Shown here: in pieces, positions 40,498-50,929 of the stretch
Numbering within the stretch: the stretch's first letter is position 1
How the letters are laid out: each line of letters opens with the position of its first letter
NCBI GenBank assembly: GCA_944331805.1
Contig: CALVIS010000003.1
Span: 1-53,493, forward strand
Origin: an uncultured Bacilli bacterium
Lineage (GTDB): Bacteria > Bacillota_I > Bacilli_A > RF39 > UBA660
Direction: 5' to 3'
DNA length: 53,493 nt
Translations under genes and position numbers: made by a program
The notes under the pieces: model-generated
The model's database searches: none
What the model was told of the DNA's origin: nothing
What the model saw: only the letters and a program-made list of their open reading frames with translations

Positions 40498-41949
40498 TTA
40501 TTTATACCCTATATCATAGTTACTTGGCCCCATAATACTTTTACCATCTAAATCAAATCTAGAACCATGACAAGGACAGTCCCAAGTCTTCTCTACTTCA
40601 TTAAAGACCAAACCACATCCTAAATGAGGACATTTATTATAAACAATATGTTCTCTACCCTTATCATCTTTATAAATTGCAACTGCTTTACCATCTATTC
40701 TTGTAAATTTAGGATTTCCATTATAAAAAGATTTATTTTTATTAACTTTACTATCTATAAAACTATAAAGATTACTAAAGATGTTTATTGGATAATTAAT
40801 TAACTTCTGTTTATTAAAAGCTCTTCTAGGATCAAATAACTCTTTATAGATATTATATTTATTATCAATTAAGTCTTTTATTATCGTACTAGCAAGTATA
40901 CCATTAGAGTTACCCCAAGTATTATAACCAGTAGAAAGTATTAAGTTATCATCAATAAAACCTATTAAAGGAAGATGATCTAAAGTCATTAAATCATAAT
41001 TACTCCAAACATAATCATAATTAGTTATATTAGTATTATTCTCTAAATCACTAACCATCTTTTTACTATTAGAAGCAAAAGCAAGATTAGCTGATGATGA
41101 TACAGTTAATAAATAATCATTATAGTATCGGATAGATTTTAAAGGTTTCTCTATATTAATAGCATTAAAGTCATAACTATTATTAACACTTGAACATACT
41201 AAGAAAGACTTTTCTAAATAACACTTAAATGGCATTAAATAAGGAATTAAGAAGTAAGGATAATGAAGAGCTAAAACGATCTTTTTAGTCTTTATAATAT
41301 TTCCTTCAGTATAGCATTTAAAAGAATCTCCATCTTTTTCTATTTTAATTATCTTAGTTTTTTCATAAACTCTATGATTAAGACTAATAGATTTTTTAAC
41401 TATTTCTTTTATAAATTTTAAAGGATGAAAGGTATAAGTATCATTAACATAAAAACCTGATTCTACTTTCATTCCATTAGGCAATTTCTTAATAGAAGTA
41501 GTCTTCTCTCCAAAAGATGAAAGTAATTCCTTTTCTTTTTCTATTTTCTTAATATTAGAAGAATCTAATGTATATAAATAAGACTTACTTTTCTTTAAAT
41601 CACAATCAATTTTTTCGTTTTTTACAATACAACTAACCATCTTTAAAGCTTCTTTTTGACTACGATAATATAAATAACTTTTATCTCTTCCAAAGATATA
41701 TTTGAGTTTAGTATAAATATCTTCCTGTAAAAAAGTTATTTTAGCACTACTTCTACTAGATGCTCCACTGCCTATTCTATTCTTTTCTACCAAAGCTATT
41801 TTTCTATTATCATCCCTAAACTGATAAAAGGTACTACATCCTGTAATACCTCCACCAATTATTAAAATATCAACATCTATATTTTCATTTAATGCTTCAT
41901 AATTATCACTATCATTAACAGTATCTTGCCAAATAGAAATATTTTTCAT
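40498..41949 (-). CDS. FAD-dependent oxidoreductase with Rieske domain (YhfW/PuuB-like)
   Basis: GGGITG Rossmann motif; Rieske CPHLGC and WDCPCHGSRF. Confidence 0.9.
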   Translation of the reverse strand: MKNISIWQDTVNDSDNYEALNENIDVDILIIGGGITGCSTFYQFRDDNRKIALVEKNRIGSGASSRSSAKITFLQEDIYTKLKYIFGRDKSYLYYRSQKEALKMVSCIVKNEKIDCDLKKSKSYLYTLDSSNIKKIEKEKELLSSFGEKTTSIKKLPNGMKVESGFYVNDTYTFHPLKFIKEIVKKSISLNHRVYEKTKIIKIEKDGDSFKCYTEGNIIKTKKIVLALHYPYFLIPYLMPFKCYLEKSFLVCSSVNNSYDFNAINIEKPLKSIRYYNDYLLTVSSSANLAFASNSKKMVSDLENNTNITNYDYVWSNYDLMTLDHLPLIGFIDDNLILSTGYNTWGNSNGILASTIIKDLIDNKYNIYKELFDPRRAFNKQKLINYPINIFSNLYSFIDSKVNKNKSFYNGNPKFTRIDGKAVAIYKDDKGREHIVYNKCPHLGCGLVFNEVEKTWDCPCHGSRFDLDGKSIMGPSNYDIGYK

Positions 41950-41979
41950 ATAATCACCTATTTCTATTATGGCTAAAAA

Positions 41980-42579
41980 TTAATCATATATACTATCTCT
42001 ATCGTAACTAACTACCTCACCAGTATTAGCATTTATTTTATAGTCATATTCATAGTCACCATGAGTAAAATCAATTTCATAAACAAGAACACCATCATCA
42101 TACTCTTGCTCTGTTCTTAAAAACTGTACAGCATCTTCAGTTAAGTTAGCATTAGTAAGTGCAATATTTTTCGCTTCATCAAGAGGTATACTAGCAGTAG
42201 TTGTATTATTACCATTATTAGAGCCATTAGTATTAGAATTATTACTGTTATTACTATTATTATCATCAATTATACCATTAGTAAAATATTTAAAATCAGT
42301 ATAAATAATGCTTCCACCTTCAGTATCAGTTCTAGCATCAACTTTATATTCATAAGCATCATTATGATAATAAACTTCTACTTCATAAATACCTTTGTCT
42401 AGATCAAAATCAATATCTTCAAAATATAAATCATTTACATTAGCATTCATATTAGCTGCGATAATACCTTTAACTTCATTTTTACTAATAAATGTTGTCT
42501 TAAAATAAATTAAGATAAGTAAAGCAATTACAACAAGAATACCTACTACAATAATAATTATTTTTCCATATTTTTTCAT
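41980..42579 (-). CDS. Membrane-anchored double PepSY-domain protein
   Basis: N-terminal TM helix, two YEV/YEI...YKV/INA..G PepSY repeats, Asn-rich linker. Confidence 0.85.
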   Translation of the reverse strand: MKKYGKIIIIVVGILVVIALLILIYFKTTFISKNEVKGIIAANMNANVNDLYFEDIDFDLDKGIYEVEVYYHNDAYEYKVDARTDTEGGSIIYTDFKYFTNGIIDDNNSNNSNNSNTNGSNNGNNTTTASIPLDEAKNIALTNANLTEDAVQFLRTEQEYDDGVLVYEIDFTHGDYEYDYKINANTGEVVSYDRDSIYD

Positions 42580-42646
42580 ATCATCTATCCTTTCTATACT
42601 TAAATTTTATCATTACATTTTATTTAAGTAAAGATGAATTTAGAAG

Positions 42647-42674
42647 AAAAGAAGAACCCTATAATTGTTCTTCT
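42647..42674 (-). terminator. Terminator downstream of the Schlafen-like gene
   Basis: AGAAGAAC-N9-GTTCTTCT followed by TTT on the minus strand. Confidence 0.55.
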
Positions 42675-42752
42675 AATAACTTACTAATTATATTTATTAT
42701 CAAATAAAAACCTATAATAAAATCAATGTTTTTTTAATAGTTCTTATTATAA

Positions 42753-42772
42753 ATCAAATAACTATCAAATAA
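42753..42772. repeat. Left copy of 20-bp direct repeat ATCAAATAACTRTCAAATAA
   Basis: 19/20 identical to 44265-44284; built from two ATCAAATAA boxes with 11-bp period. Confidence 0.8.
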
Positions 42773-42773
42773 A

Positions 42774-44252
42774 TCATGCCCAGTATGGAAGGTAACTTTT
42801 ATATTTTCTAGACTCAGAATTAGGTTGATATTCCTTTATTACACCAGATAACACTGCATCGGCTAAAAGTCTTGAAGCAATTGCTGAATTCTTTTTTTCA
42901 ATATTAAATCTAGTACGTAAAGTTTCATTGGTCATTTTTTCGTTTGAAACATATTGCAAGCATGCATGTTGATAGCAAGCTCTAATTTTATCTTCTTTAC
43001 TCATCTCACTCAATTTTTTATACTCATATAAAATAACTTTTGTACCACTATCATATTCAATAAAATTAGGAGCTGGTAGCTGAAATAATTCTATAGATTT
43101 TATTGTTTTATCTATGCCACTACCTTTTTCTTCACACATATTAAATCTTCTCATAATGCTTGCTAGTTTTTCATTTCTAGAAATTGGATTATGGTCAATA
43201 AATCTATCAATATTAATTAGTGGTGAACCAGGATTTAAAATTTCAAGTCTGTCAGAGAACAATTCTATTAATATACTTGCCCCCTGAATGGTAAAATCTT
43301 GATGAATAACAGCATTAGCTATCAATTCTCTAAGTGCAATTTCAGGATACATCTTAATTTGTGAACGAAATGCTACTCCTATATGTTCATTTTGAGGAGT
43401 TAATAAATCTAAATTTTTTAAAATTTCTTCAAAACATAAAGCATATCCTTTATCATAATTTATTTCACGTATAGTCTCAAGTTTATTCTTTGATTTATAT
43501 TGAATTAATCTAATTGTTTTCCTTGAAATAGTTCTAAACTGATGAATATTCTTAGCAAATAAAATAGCTCCTAAATTTGTTATGGCAAGTTTACCATACA
43601 CTTTTTTCACAAAACCTTCTGATAAAAAATCTTCAATTAGTTTATCAATAGTATCTGGATATGGTAAATCTAATAATTTATAATAAGCTGTAACTTCTAA
43701 TAATTCTACTATATCATTTTTGTTTAATTTAGAAATTGCTATCTCATCTTCGAAAGATATTTTATTCAATTGATTCCATAATTTTTTCTCTTTTTCTTTA
43801 TAATCACATAACTTATGCTTTTGTTCACCTACTCTAATATAAGCAACTTTATCAAACTCTACTGGATAATTCTTAGCTTTATCTATTTCAATTATTAAAA
43901 TAGATTTATTTTCATATTCAACTTCATAAGCTTCGAACTCTATTTGCGGTTTTAATTTTCGATATATCCAATTATACAAAGGCTCGTTACCTTTCTTTGT
44001 GTTATAAAAATCAAAATTAGTACCTATAATATTTCTAGTTTTATTATCTATCCCATATACTAAATAAGCATGTTCTTTATTCCATAACGCTGCTGAATTA
44101 GACAAAGCTGAAATATATTCACCAATCATATGAGGATCATCATTATTCACTTTAAATTCAATCCATTCATTTTCTTTATTAAATTTTAATAATGATTTCA
44201 ATAAATCAATTAATTCATTTTTAGAAATTTTATATTCTTCTACATCATACAT
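42774..44252 (-). CDS. Schlafen/AlbA_2 domain + HATPase_c_4-like ATP-binding protein
   Basis: ENEWIEFK, ISALSN, LVYGIDN (Schlafen-like acidic residues); LRELIANAVIHQDF, NPG, SRNEKLA, EEKGSGI; C-terminal wHTH ending YLPYWA. Confidence 0.85.
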   Translation of the reverse strand: MYDVEEYKISKNELIDLLKSLLKFNKENEWIEFKVNNDDPHMIGEYISALSNSAALWNKEHAYLVYGIDNKTRNIIGTNFDFYNTKKGNEPLYNWIYRKLKPQIEFEAYEVEYENKSILIIEIDKAKNYPVEFDKVAYIRVGEQKHKLCDYKEKEKKLWNQLNKISFEDEIAISKLNKNDIVELLEVTAYYKLLDLPYPDTIDKLIEDFLSEGFVKKVYGKLAITNLGAILFAKNIHQFRTISRKTIRLIQYKSKNKLETIREINYDKGYALCFEEILKNLDLLTPQNEHIGVAFRSQIKMYPEIALRELIANAVIHQDFTIQGASILIELFSDRLEILNPGSPLINIDRFIDHNPISRNEKLASIMRRFNMCEEKGSGIDKTIKSIELFQLPAPNFIEYDSGTKVILYEYKKLSEMSKEDKIRACYQHACLQYVSNEKMTNETLRTRFNIEKKNSAIASRLLADAVLSGVIKEYQPNSESRKYKSYLPYWA

Positions 44253-44264
44253 AAATTTTCTCCT

Positions 44265-44284
44265 ATCAAATAACTGTCAAATAA
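44265..44284. repeat. Right copy of 20-bp direct repeat
   Basis: ATCAAATAACTGTCAAATAA adjacent to the RBS of the Schlafen-like gene. Confidence 0.8.
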
Positions 44285-44418
44285 GAATTTCCTTTATTTA
44301 AAAGGAAATTTTAGATATTTATTTATTTTTTTATATATTTATCAAATAAAATTGTACCAAAGAAAAACAAAAAAAGATATAATTTTTTTTAATCATATAT
44401 ATCTTTTAATATATTTTT

Positions 44419-46830
44419 CTACTCAATGCCAAGCTCTATTTTATTAATTATATAATTTTTATCTATTTCATTTATAGTTAAATTATTTATAAATAATGTT
44501 GCCTTAAAATCTTTTATTGAACTTTCTATCGCTTCTTTGATATCGTTTGAACACTCTAAATCCAATTCTTTTACTGGTGTTTTCAACGATAAGTTATTAC
44601 TAGATTTTTCACCTCTAACAGCACTAATTATTTCACACATTAAATCTCCGTTAGTTACTTCTTTATCAAATGAATAATCAAATTGTTTTATTTCCGTTAA
44701 ATGAATTGATTTATTATCATGATAAATTTCTTGATATATCTCTTCAGTTATATAAGGGAAGAATACACTAAAGTCTTGTAATAACTTATATAAAATCATA
44801 TAAACTGTTTTTTGTCCTGAATATCTTGCCTTTTCTCCAAACTCTTCTGGTCTGTATAATCTATGCTTAACTATCTCTATATAATTATCACAGAAATTCC
44901 AAAAGAATTTTTCTAATATATTTAATCCTAAACCAATTTCATAATTATCTAAATATTTAATATATTCTTTTTCCATTTTCATAAAATTTCCTAATATCCA
45001 TTTGTCAATATATTCAAAATCATTAAATTCTTTATCTTCATAATCCTGTAAATGCATCTCTATGAATTTAGAAACATTCCAAATCTTATTAACTAACTTC
45101 TTACCTCGTAATAAAGTTTCTTCACTAAATGTTATATCAGTTCCAAGTCTTCCAGAAGCAGCCCAATATCTAACTACATCTGCTGAATAACTGTTAATTA
45201 AATCTAATGGCTCTACTTTAGAGTTTCCTTTACTTTTACTAATTTTCTCTCCTTTATTAGCCATTGCAAAACCTGAAATCATAATATTATCCCATGGTCT
45301 TATACCAAAATGATAAAAACACTTAACAATAGTATAAAAATCCCATGTTCTAATTATATCTGAAGCGTTAGCCCTTAAACTCATTGGTTTTAAAATATCT
45401 TCATAATTATCTTTTTCACCATATTTCATATTTATTAGAGGTGTTACTGATGAGGTTGCCCATGTATCCATTACATCAGATTCTGGAACAAATTCCTTAC
45501 ATCCACATTTAGGACACTCCTTTTCTAATGGACTATCAGTAAGAGGATTAACTGGTAATTGTTCCTTTTTAGCAAATATTGGCTCACCACATTTCTTACA
45601 ATACCATACTGGAAATGGAACGCCAAAATATCTTTGACGAGATATACACCAATCCCAGGCAATATTATTTACCCATTCTTCATATCTATTATGCATGTGT
45701 GATGGATACCAATTGATTTCCTTACCAATTCTTAAAAAATCTTCTTTATGATTCATAATATCAATAAACCATTGGTTCATTACAGTATATTCTACTTCTC
45801 TACCACATCTTTCATGAGTTTGTACTTCATGCTCTAATTCTTCTATTTTTACTATATAACCTGCTTCTTGTAAATCTTCGACAATCTTACCTCTCGCTTC
45901 CTTTATTTTCATTCCTCCATAATTAGGAATAGAATCTATTATTCTTCCATCATCAGTAAAAATGTATTTTAAAGGTAAATTATATTTTTTCCACCATTCA
46001 ATATCTGTCCCGTCCCCAAAAGTACAACACATAACAATGCCTGTTCCTTTATCTATTGCAACTTTTTCATCTGCCATAATAGGTACTTCTACATCTATTA
46101 CAGGTATATGTGCAGTTTTATCAATTAAATGTTTATGTTCTTCATCATTTGGATTTACAAAAACACTTACAATTGCTGGTAATAATTCAGGACGAGTTGT
46201 TGCAATAGTAAACTTTTCGCCATCCTCTACTGTTTCAAAATTCACATAATTAAATGTTGTTTTTATAGTTTTTGTTTCAAGTTCTGCTTGGGCTATTGAA
46301 GTTAAACATTCATTACACCATAAAGCAGGACTTTCTTTATGATAACAATGTCCTTTTTCTATTAAATCAAGAAATGAAGCCTGACTAATTTTAATAGTAG
46401 ACGGACTTACCGTTTTATAGTGCATACTCCAATCAGTACTAACACCAAGACGAGAAAATAAATTTTGAAATTCACTTTCATATTTATCAGTAGTTTCATA
46501 GCATAAAGCTGAAAACTTTTCTCTACCCATTTCATGAGCTTTCTTACCTTGTTCTTTTTCAACTAATCTTTCACTTGGAAGACCATTATCATCAAAACCA
46601 AATGGATAAAATACATTATATCCTCTTATTCTTTTATATCTTGCAATCATTTCTGCTTGTGAATAAGAAAATATATGACCAATATGAATTTTACCATTAA
46701 CTGTTGGAGGTGGAGTATCTATAGAATATATTTTCCTTTTATCAGGAACAAATTCATAAATTTTATTTTCTTTCCAATAATTTAACCATTTTTGTTCTTT
46801 TTCTAAAGCATTGTATTTTTTATCTAACAT
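44419..46830 (-). CDS. valS: Valyl-tRNA synthetase, type 2 (archaeal-like)
   Basis: IDTPPPTVNG, HIGH, GFDDNGLPSER, GTGIVMCCTFGD, WCISRQRYFGVPFP, KISKS; no C-terminal coiled coil; Val T-box upstream. Confidence 0.9.
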   Translation of the reverse strand: MLDKKYNALEKEQKWLNYWKENKIYEFVPDKRKIYSIDTPPPTVNGKIHIGHIFSYSQAEMIARYKRIRGYNVFYPFGFDDNGLPSERLVEKEQGKKAHEMGREKFSALCYETTDKYESEFQNLFSRLGVSTDWSMHYKTVSPSTIKISQASFLDLIEKGHCYHKESPALWCNECLTSIAQAELETKTIKTTFNYVNFETVEDGEKFTIATTRPELLPAIVSVFVNPNDEEHKHLIDKTAHIPVIDVEVPIMADEKVAIDKGTGIVMCCTFGDGTDIEWWKKYNLPLKYIFTDDGRIIDSIPNYGGMKIKEARGKIVEDLQEAGYIVKIEELEHEVQTHERCGREVEYTVMNQWFIDIMNHKEDFLRIGKEINWYPSHMHNRYEEWVNNIAWDWCISRQRYFGVPFPVWYCKKCGEPIFAKKEQLPVNPLTDSPLEKECPKCGCKEFVPESDVMDTWATSSVTPLINMKYGEKDNYEDILKPMSLRANASDIIRTWDFYTIVKCFYHFGIRPWDNIMISGFAMANKGEKISKSKGNSKVEPLDLINSYSADVVRYWAASGRLGTDITFSEETLLRGKKLVNKIWNVSKFIEMHLQDYEDKEFNDFEYIDKWILGNFMKMEKEYIKYLDNYEIGLGLNILEKFFWNFCDNYIEIVKHRLYRPEEFGEKARYSGQKTVYMILYKLLQDFSVFFPYITEEIYQEIYHDNKSIHLTEIKQFDYSFDKEVTNGDLMCEIISAVRGEKSSNNLSLKTPVKELDLECSNDIKEAIESSIKDFKATLFINNLTINEIDKNYIINKIELGIE

Positions 46831-46855
46831 TTTATCATCCTTTCTTTTATCTTAA

Positions 46856-46915
46856 TTAGTTTATATTTAGCATAAGAAAGACTCGTACATAATCACTTTT
46901 AAATATATATTTCAT
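46856..46915 (-). other. 19-codon ORF (MKYIFKSDYVRVFLMLNIN) between the T-box and the second valS
   Basis: AAGGAG RBS at 46927-46932; leader peptide or gene remnant. Confidence 0.35.
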
Positions 46916-46937
46916 TTATTATCAACTCCTTAAAATT

Positions 46938-47161
46938 AAAAGACGAGCAACTATCCAAAGGACGAATTGCTCGTGGTACCACCTTAATTTATAGTATTTC
47001 TACTATCTTAATTCCTTTAATGCAGGAATACACCATATCTTACTATTATTTCAGATATAAAACTCCCAAGCTACCTTCAATTACTCTTCGTTAAGAAAGG
47101 CTTTCAGCCAGTGGCCCTTCATTTCTAATAACTACTAACTAATCTACTCCTCTTGTTCTTA
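46938..47161 (-). promoter_or_regulatory. T-box riboswitch, Val (GUA specifier), transcriptional terminator type
   Basis: AGTA motif, GCTGAAA loop, specifier GAAG-GTA-GC, T-box AATTAAGGTGGTACCACG, terminator ACGAGCAATT...AGTTGCTCGTCTTTT. Confidence 0.9.
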
Positions 47162-47171
47162 GTATTTATAT

Positions 47172-49709
47172 TTACAATTGTTCTTCTAATAACTTAAGCT
47201 TAGCTTCTTCTTCTTTTAATTTCTCTCTATCAAGGTCAACTATATTCTTAGGTGCTTTATTAACATAGTTTTCATTACTAAGTAATTTCTTACGTCTTTC
47301 GATAGAGTCTTTTAACTTCTTAATATCTGCTTCCAACTCTTCTTTATTAACTTCATTTTTAAAGAAATAAGTAATATCAATTAAACTAGATTTATAGTTA
47401 ATAGACTGATAATCTTCTAAAGGCTCTTTAATTATAATATCATCAGTAATCTTTAATTGTGACTTATAGATATATTCTAAATCACTATTAGTACTAAATA
47501 TTACTAAATCATCTTTTTTAATATTATTAGTAGCCTTTAAATTTCTTATCTCTCTTAAATCAACTATTACTTTAGATATTTCTTCTGCTTCCTTATCAAA
47601 TACAGTCTCACTATCATACTTAGGATAAGTACTAATTACAATAGATTCACTATCTTTAAATGGTAACATCTGATAAATCTCTTCTGTTACATAAGGCATA
47701 AATGGATAAAGAAGCTTTAATATAGTTGTTAAAACATCAAGCAAAACACTCTTAGTTGTATCATTCATATTCGCTTTACTTAACTCTATATAGTTATCAC
47801 AAAAGTCTTCCCAAATAAACTTATATAACATATTACCAACATTATGGAAGTCATAACTATCCATATTTTTAATAACATCTTTTATTAAGTTATTTTTTAA
47901 AGTTAAAATCCATTTATCTGCTTTACTTAAATTCTGATAATCATATCCTGCTGTTTTCATATCTTCAAGATTCATTAATACATAACGAGAAGCATTCCAT
48001 AACTTATTAATAAAGTTCCAAGTAGATTTAACTTTCTCTTCATCATAACGCAAATCTGTTCCAGGAGCAGTATTAGTAGTTAAGAAAAATCTAAGACTAT
48101 CCGCACCATACTTATCAATAACATCCATTGGGTCTACTCCATTACCTAAAGACTTACTCATCTTACGTCCTTCTTTATCACGAATAAGTCCATGGATAAG
48201 ACAATCTTTAAATGGTCTTTTACCAGTAAACTCTAAACCTTGGAAAGTCATACGATTAACCCAGAATGGAATAATATCATAACCAGTTACTAAGACATTA
48301 TTAGGATAATATCTTTTAAATAACTCTGTCTCTTCTGGCCAACCTAGTGTTGAAAATGGCCATAATGCAGATGAAAACCAAGTATCTAGAACATCTTCAT
48401 CTTGTACCCAGCCATCACCCTCTGGCGCTTCCATTCCAACATATACTTCATCATCTTTATACCAAGCAGGTATTCTATGTCCCCACCATAATTGACGAGA
48501 TATACACCAGTCATAAGTAATTTCCATCCAGTGATTCATTGTCTTTTCATAACGTTCTGGCACAAAGTTTACTTTAGTATCTTTATTCTTTTGATTTTCA
48601 AGAACTCTATCGGCAAGGGGTCTCATCTTAACAAACCATTGTTTAGATAAAGTTGGCTCAACTACGGCATCACTTCTCTCACTATGTCCAACATTATGAG
48701 TCATCTCTTCAATACCAATTAATAAGTCTTGTTTCTTTAAATCTTCTACTAATTTCTCTCTACACTCTTCTCTAGTCATTCCCTCATAACCAAGAGCATT
48801 CTCATTCATAGTAGCATCCAAGTTCATTACCACAACCCGAGGTAAGTTATGTCTTAGCCCTACTTCATAGTCGTTGGGGTCGTGTGCTGGAGTAATTTTT
48901 ACGATACCTGAGCCAAAGTCTGGGTCTGCATGAATATCACCAACAATTGGTATTTCTTTATTAACAATAGGAAGAATTACAGTCTTACCAATTAAATGTT
49001 TATATCTATCATCAGAAGGATTAACAGCAACTGCAGTATCACCAAATAAAGTTTCAGGACGAGTAGTTGCAACATCTAAGTATTCATCAGTACCAGTTAT
49101 ATAATATTTAATATGATAAAATGCTCCCTTATCTTCTTTATAGATAACCTCTTCATTAGATAAAGCTGTCATTTGAACTGGATCCCAGTTAATAATTCTC
49201 TCTCCTCTATAAATTAAACCTTTCTCATAAAGTTTAACAAAAACATACCTAACCGCTTTACTAAGTCCTTCATCTAAAGTAAATCTTTCTTTAGTATAAT
49301 CAAGACTAAGTCCAAGTTTTGCCCATTGTTCATGAATAGTAGTAGCATATTCATCTTTCCAACTCCAAGCATGTTCTAACCATTCATCACGAGTTATCCC
49401 CCGAGGATTAATACCCATTTCTCTTAATCTCTTATCAACTTTAGCCTGGGTTGCAATACCAGCATGATCCATTCCTGGAACCCACAAAGCATCATAACCA
49501 TTCATTCTCTTATATCTAATTAAAATATCTTGTAAGGTTGTATCCCAAGCATGACCTAAATGTAGTTTACCTGTAACATTAGGTGGTGGTATTACGATAC
49601 AAAAAGGTTCTTTACTCTTATCTTTATCTCCTTTAAAATAACCCTTATTTACCCAATTATTATACTTATCTTTCTCTACTTCTTTATGATTATATTTTTT
49701 ATCTAACAT
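47172..49709 (-). CDS. valS: Valyl-tRNA synthetase, canonical bacterial type
   Basis: [55 protein letters not shown]-terminal coiled coil. Confidence 0.97.
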   Translation of the reverse strand: MLDKKYNHKEVEKDKYNNWVNKGYFKGDKDKSKEPFCIVIPPPNVTGKLHLGHAWDTTLQDILIRYKRMNGYDALWVPGMDHAGIATQAKVDKRLREMGINPRGITRDEWLEHAWSWKDEYATTIHEQWAKLGLSLDYTKERFTLDEGLSKAVRYVFVKLYEKGLIYRGERIINWDPVQMTALSNEEVIYKEDKGAFYHIKYYITGTDEYLDVATTRPETLFGDTAVAVNPSDDRYKHLIGKTVILPIVNKEIPIVGDIHADPDFGSGIVKITPAHDPNDYEVGLRHNLPRVVVMNLDATMNENALGYEGMTREECREKLVEDLKKQDLLIGIEEMTHNVGHSERSDAVVEPTLSKQWFVKMRPLADRVLENQKNKDTKVNFVPERYEKTMNHWMEITYDWCISRQLWWGHRIPAWYKDDEVYVGMEAPEGDGWVQDEDVLDTWFSSALWPFSTLGWPEETELFKRYYPNNVLVTGYDIIPFWVNRMTFQGLEFTGKRPFKDCLIHGLIRDKEGRKMSKSLGNGVDPMDVIDKYGADSLRFFLTTNTAPGTDLRYDEEKVKSTWNFINKLWNASRYVLMNLEDMKTAGYDYQNLSKADKWILTLKNNLIKDVIKNMDSYDFHNVGNMLYKFIWEDFCDNYIELSKANMNDTTKSVLLDVLTTILKLLYPFMPYVTEEIYQMLPFKDSESIVISTYPKYDSETVFDKEAEEISKVIVDLREIRNLKATNNIKKDDLVIFSTNSDLEYIYKSQLKITDDIIIKEPLEDYQSINYKSSLIDITYFFKNEVNKEELEADIKKLKDSIERRKKLLSNENYVNKAPKNIVDLDREKLKEEEAKLKLLEEQL

Positions 49710-50580
49710 GACCTTTCTCCTCCTTTAGTTTTTTATATTTTCCATATCTTTTATTAACTTCTTTTTCTATTAAGTCAAAATCATCAAGTGTTTCTATAAC
49801 TAAATTACCATCTCTATCTTTAACAGCAGTTGCCTTCTTATCTACATAATTTAAAATCATTTCTCTATTATTAACAAAGTAATTATATTGTCTTTCAGTA
49901 ACAACTTCTGGTATATACATTAATATATTACTAATTGATTCAGCAGTATTATAACAAAAATGTCCAATACTAGCCATTGTAAGAGGTGCAATGTAAGAGT
50001 CGTTGTCACTAAATTCATAACCTAAATGATATTTATCAGAAAAATCTTGATACCTATCAACATGATTTTCATTACCAACAATAATTTTCTCAAACACATC
50101 ATCTTTTATTTGTTCTTCATCTGGAACAATAATGACTCGCCCTTCTACTCCTAAACTTTTTCTAAAATTTAAATATCTTTTATTTATTTCAACAACCTCT
50201 TTTTCCAAATCTTCAATTCTTTCTTCAATAACTTCATCATCTACTAAACTATAATTATTAAAACCAAGATATTCATAATTCTTAAAACTATCTAAATTAG
50301 TATCTAACCAACTTTTCTGATTATCTGTTATAAGTTCTGGTACATAAAATACGACTATATTCATATAATCCCAACTAGTTTTAACAACTAAAAACCCATC
50401 TTTAGCAAGCAAAGCAGGTGCTTCATTACTATCATCATCACTAAATGAATATGAAAGATTATAAGTATCAACAAATTCTCTTATATATTTTAAATGATTC
50501 TCACCATCTTTTAATATTCTAAAGAAAACACCACTGTTTAGCATATATTCATTTGGAATAATATATAATCTACTCTTAAT
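49699..50580 (-). CDS. Hypothetical protein made of two tandem ~145-aa repeats; probable ATT start
   Basis: GGGAGGTG lies 7 nt before an in-frame ATT (50580); the extension RLYIIPNE aligns with RVIIVPDE in repeat 2; ENH, YxFSDxDS, AP and YvPE..T..Q shared. Confidence 0.7.
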   Translation of the reverse strand: MKSRLYIIPNEYMLNSGVFFRILKDGENHLKYIREFVDTYNLSYSFSDDDSNEAPALLAKDGFLVVKTSWDYMNIVVFYVPELITDNQKSWLDTNLDSFKNYEYLGFNNYSLVDDEVIEERIEDLEKEVVEINKRYLNFRKSLGVEGRVIIVPDEEQIKDDVFEKIIVGNENHVDRYQDFSDKYHLGYEFSDNDSYIAPLTMASIGHFCYNTAESISNILMYIPEVVTERQYNYFVNNREMILNYVDKKATAVKDRDGNLVIETLDDFDLIEKEVNKRYGKYKKLKEEKGHVR

Positions 50581-50590
50581 AATAACACCT

Positions 50591-50826
50591 CCCTTAAAAT
50601 AAAAAATAACTATAACTTAAGGGCATAGACAATCTACGCTGTACCACCTTAATTTATAGTTATTAAACTATCTTATTACTTATAACGGCCTATCCCGTGG
50701 TAACTTACTACTTTTTCAGAAACCCTGCTCTATTCACTACCTTCCATATATCATATTGTTAATTTTCACCAACCATTAACTCTCTATAAATACTTTATAT
50801 GTACTCCTTGAATATCAATCGCATTT
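50591..50826 (-). promoter_or_regulatory. T-box riboswitch, Val (GUA specifier)
   Basis: GGAGTA, AGAGAG...GGTGAAA, specifier GGAAG-GTA-GT, T-box AATTAAGGTGGTACAGCG pairing with TGCCCTT. Confidence 0.88.
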
Positions 50827-50832
50827 AAATGT

Positions 50833-50861
50833 ATTATACGCTATAATTGTTTGTTTTTCAA
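50833..50861 (-). promoter_or_regulatory. sigma-A promoter of the valS operon
   Basis: TTGAAA-N17-TATAAT just upstream of T-box stem I. Confidence 0.8.
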
Positions 50862-50929
50862 CTACTTAATTTTATCGTGTAACAATATATCACAAATAGT
50901 TAATACAATTTAGTACTTTTATGATTAAC

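Noticed and set aside
42195-42270. AAT/AGT-rich low-complexity tract
   Set aside because: Encodes the Asn/Ser linker of the PepSY protein; not a separate repeat element
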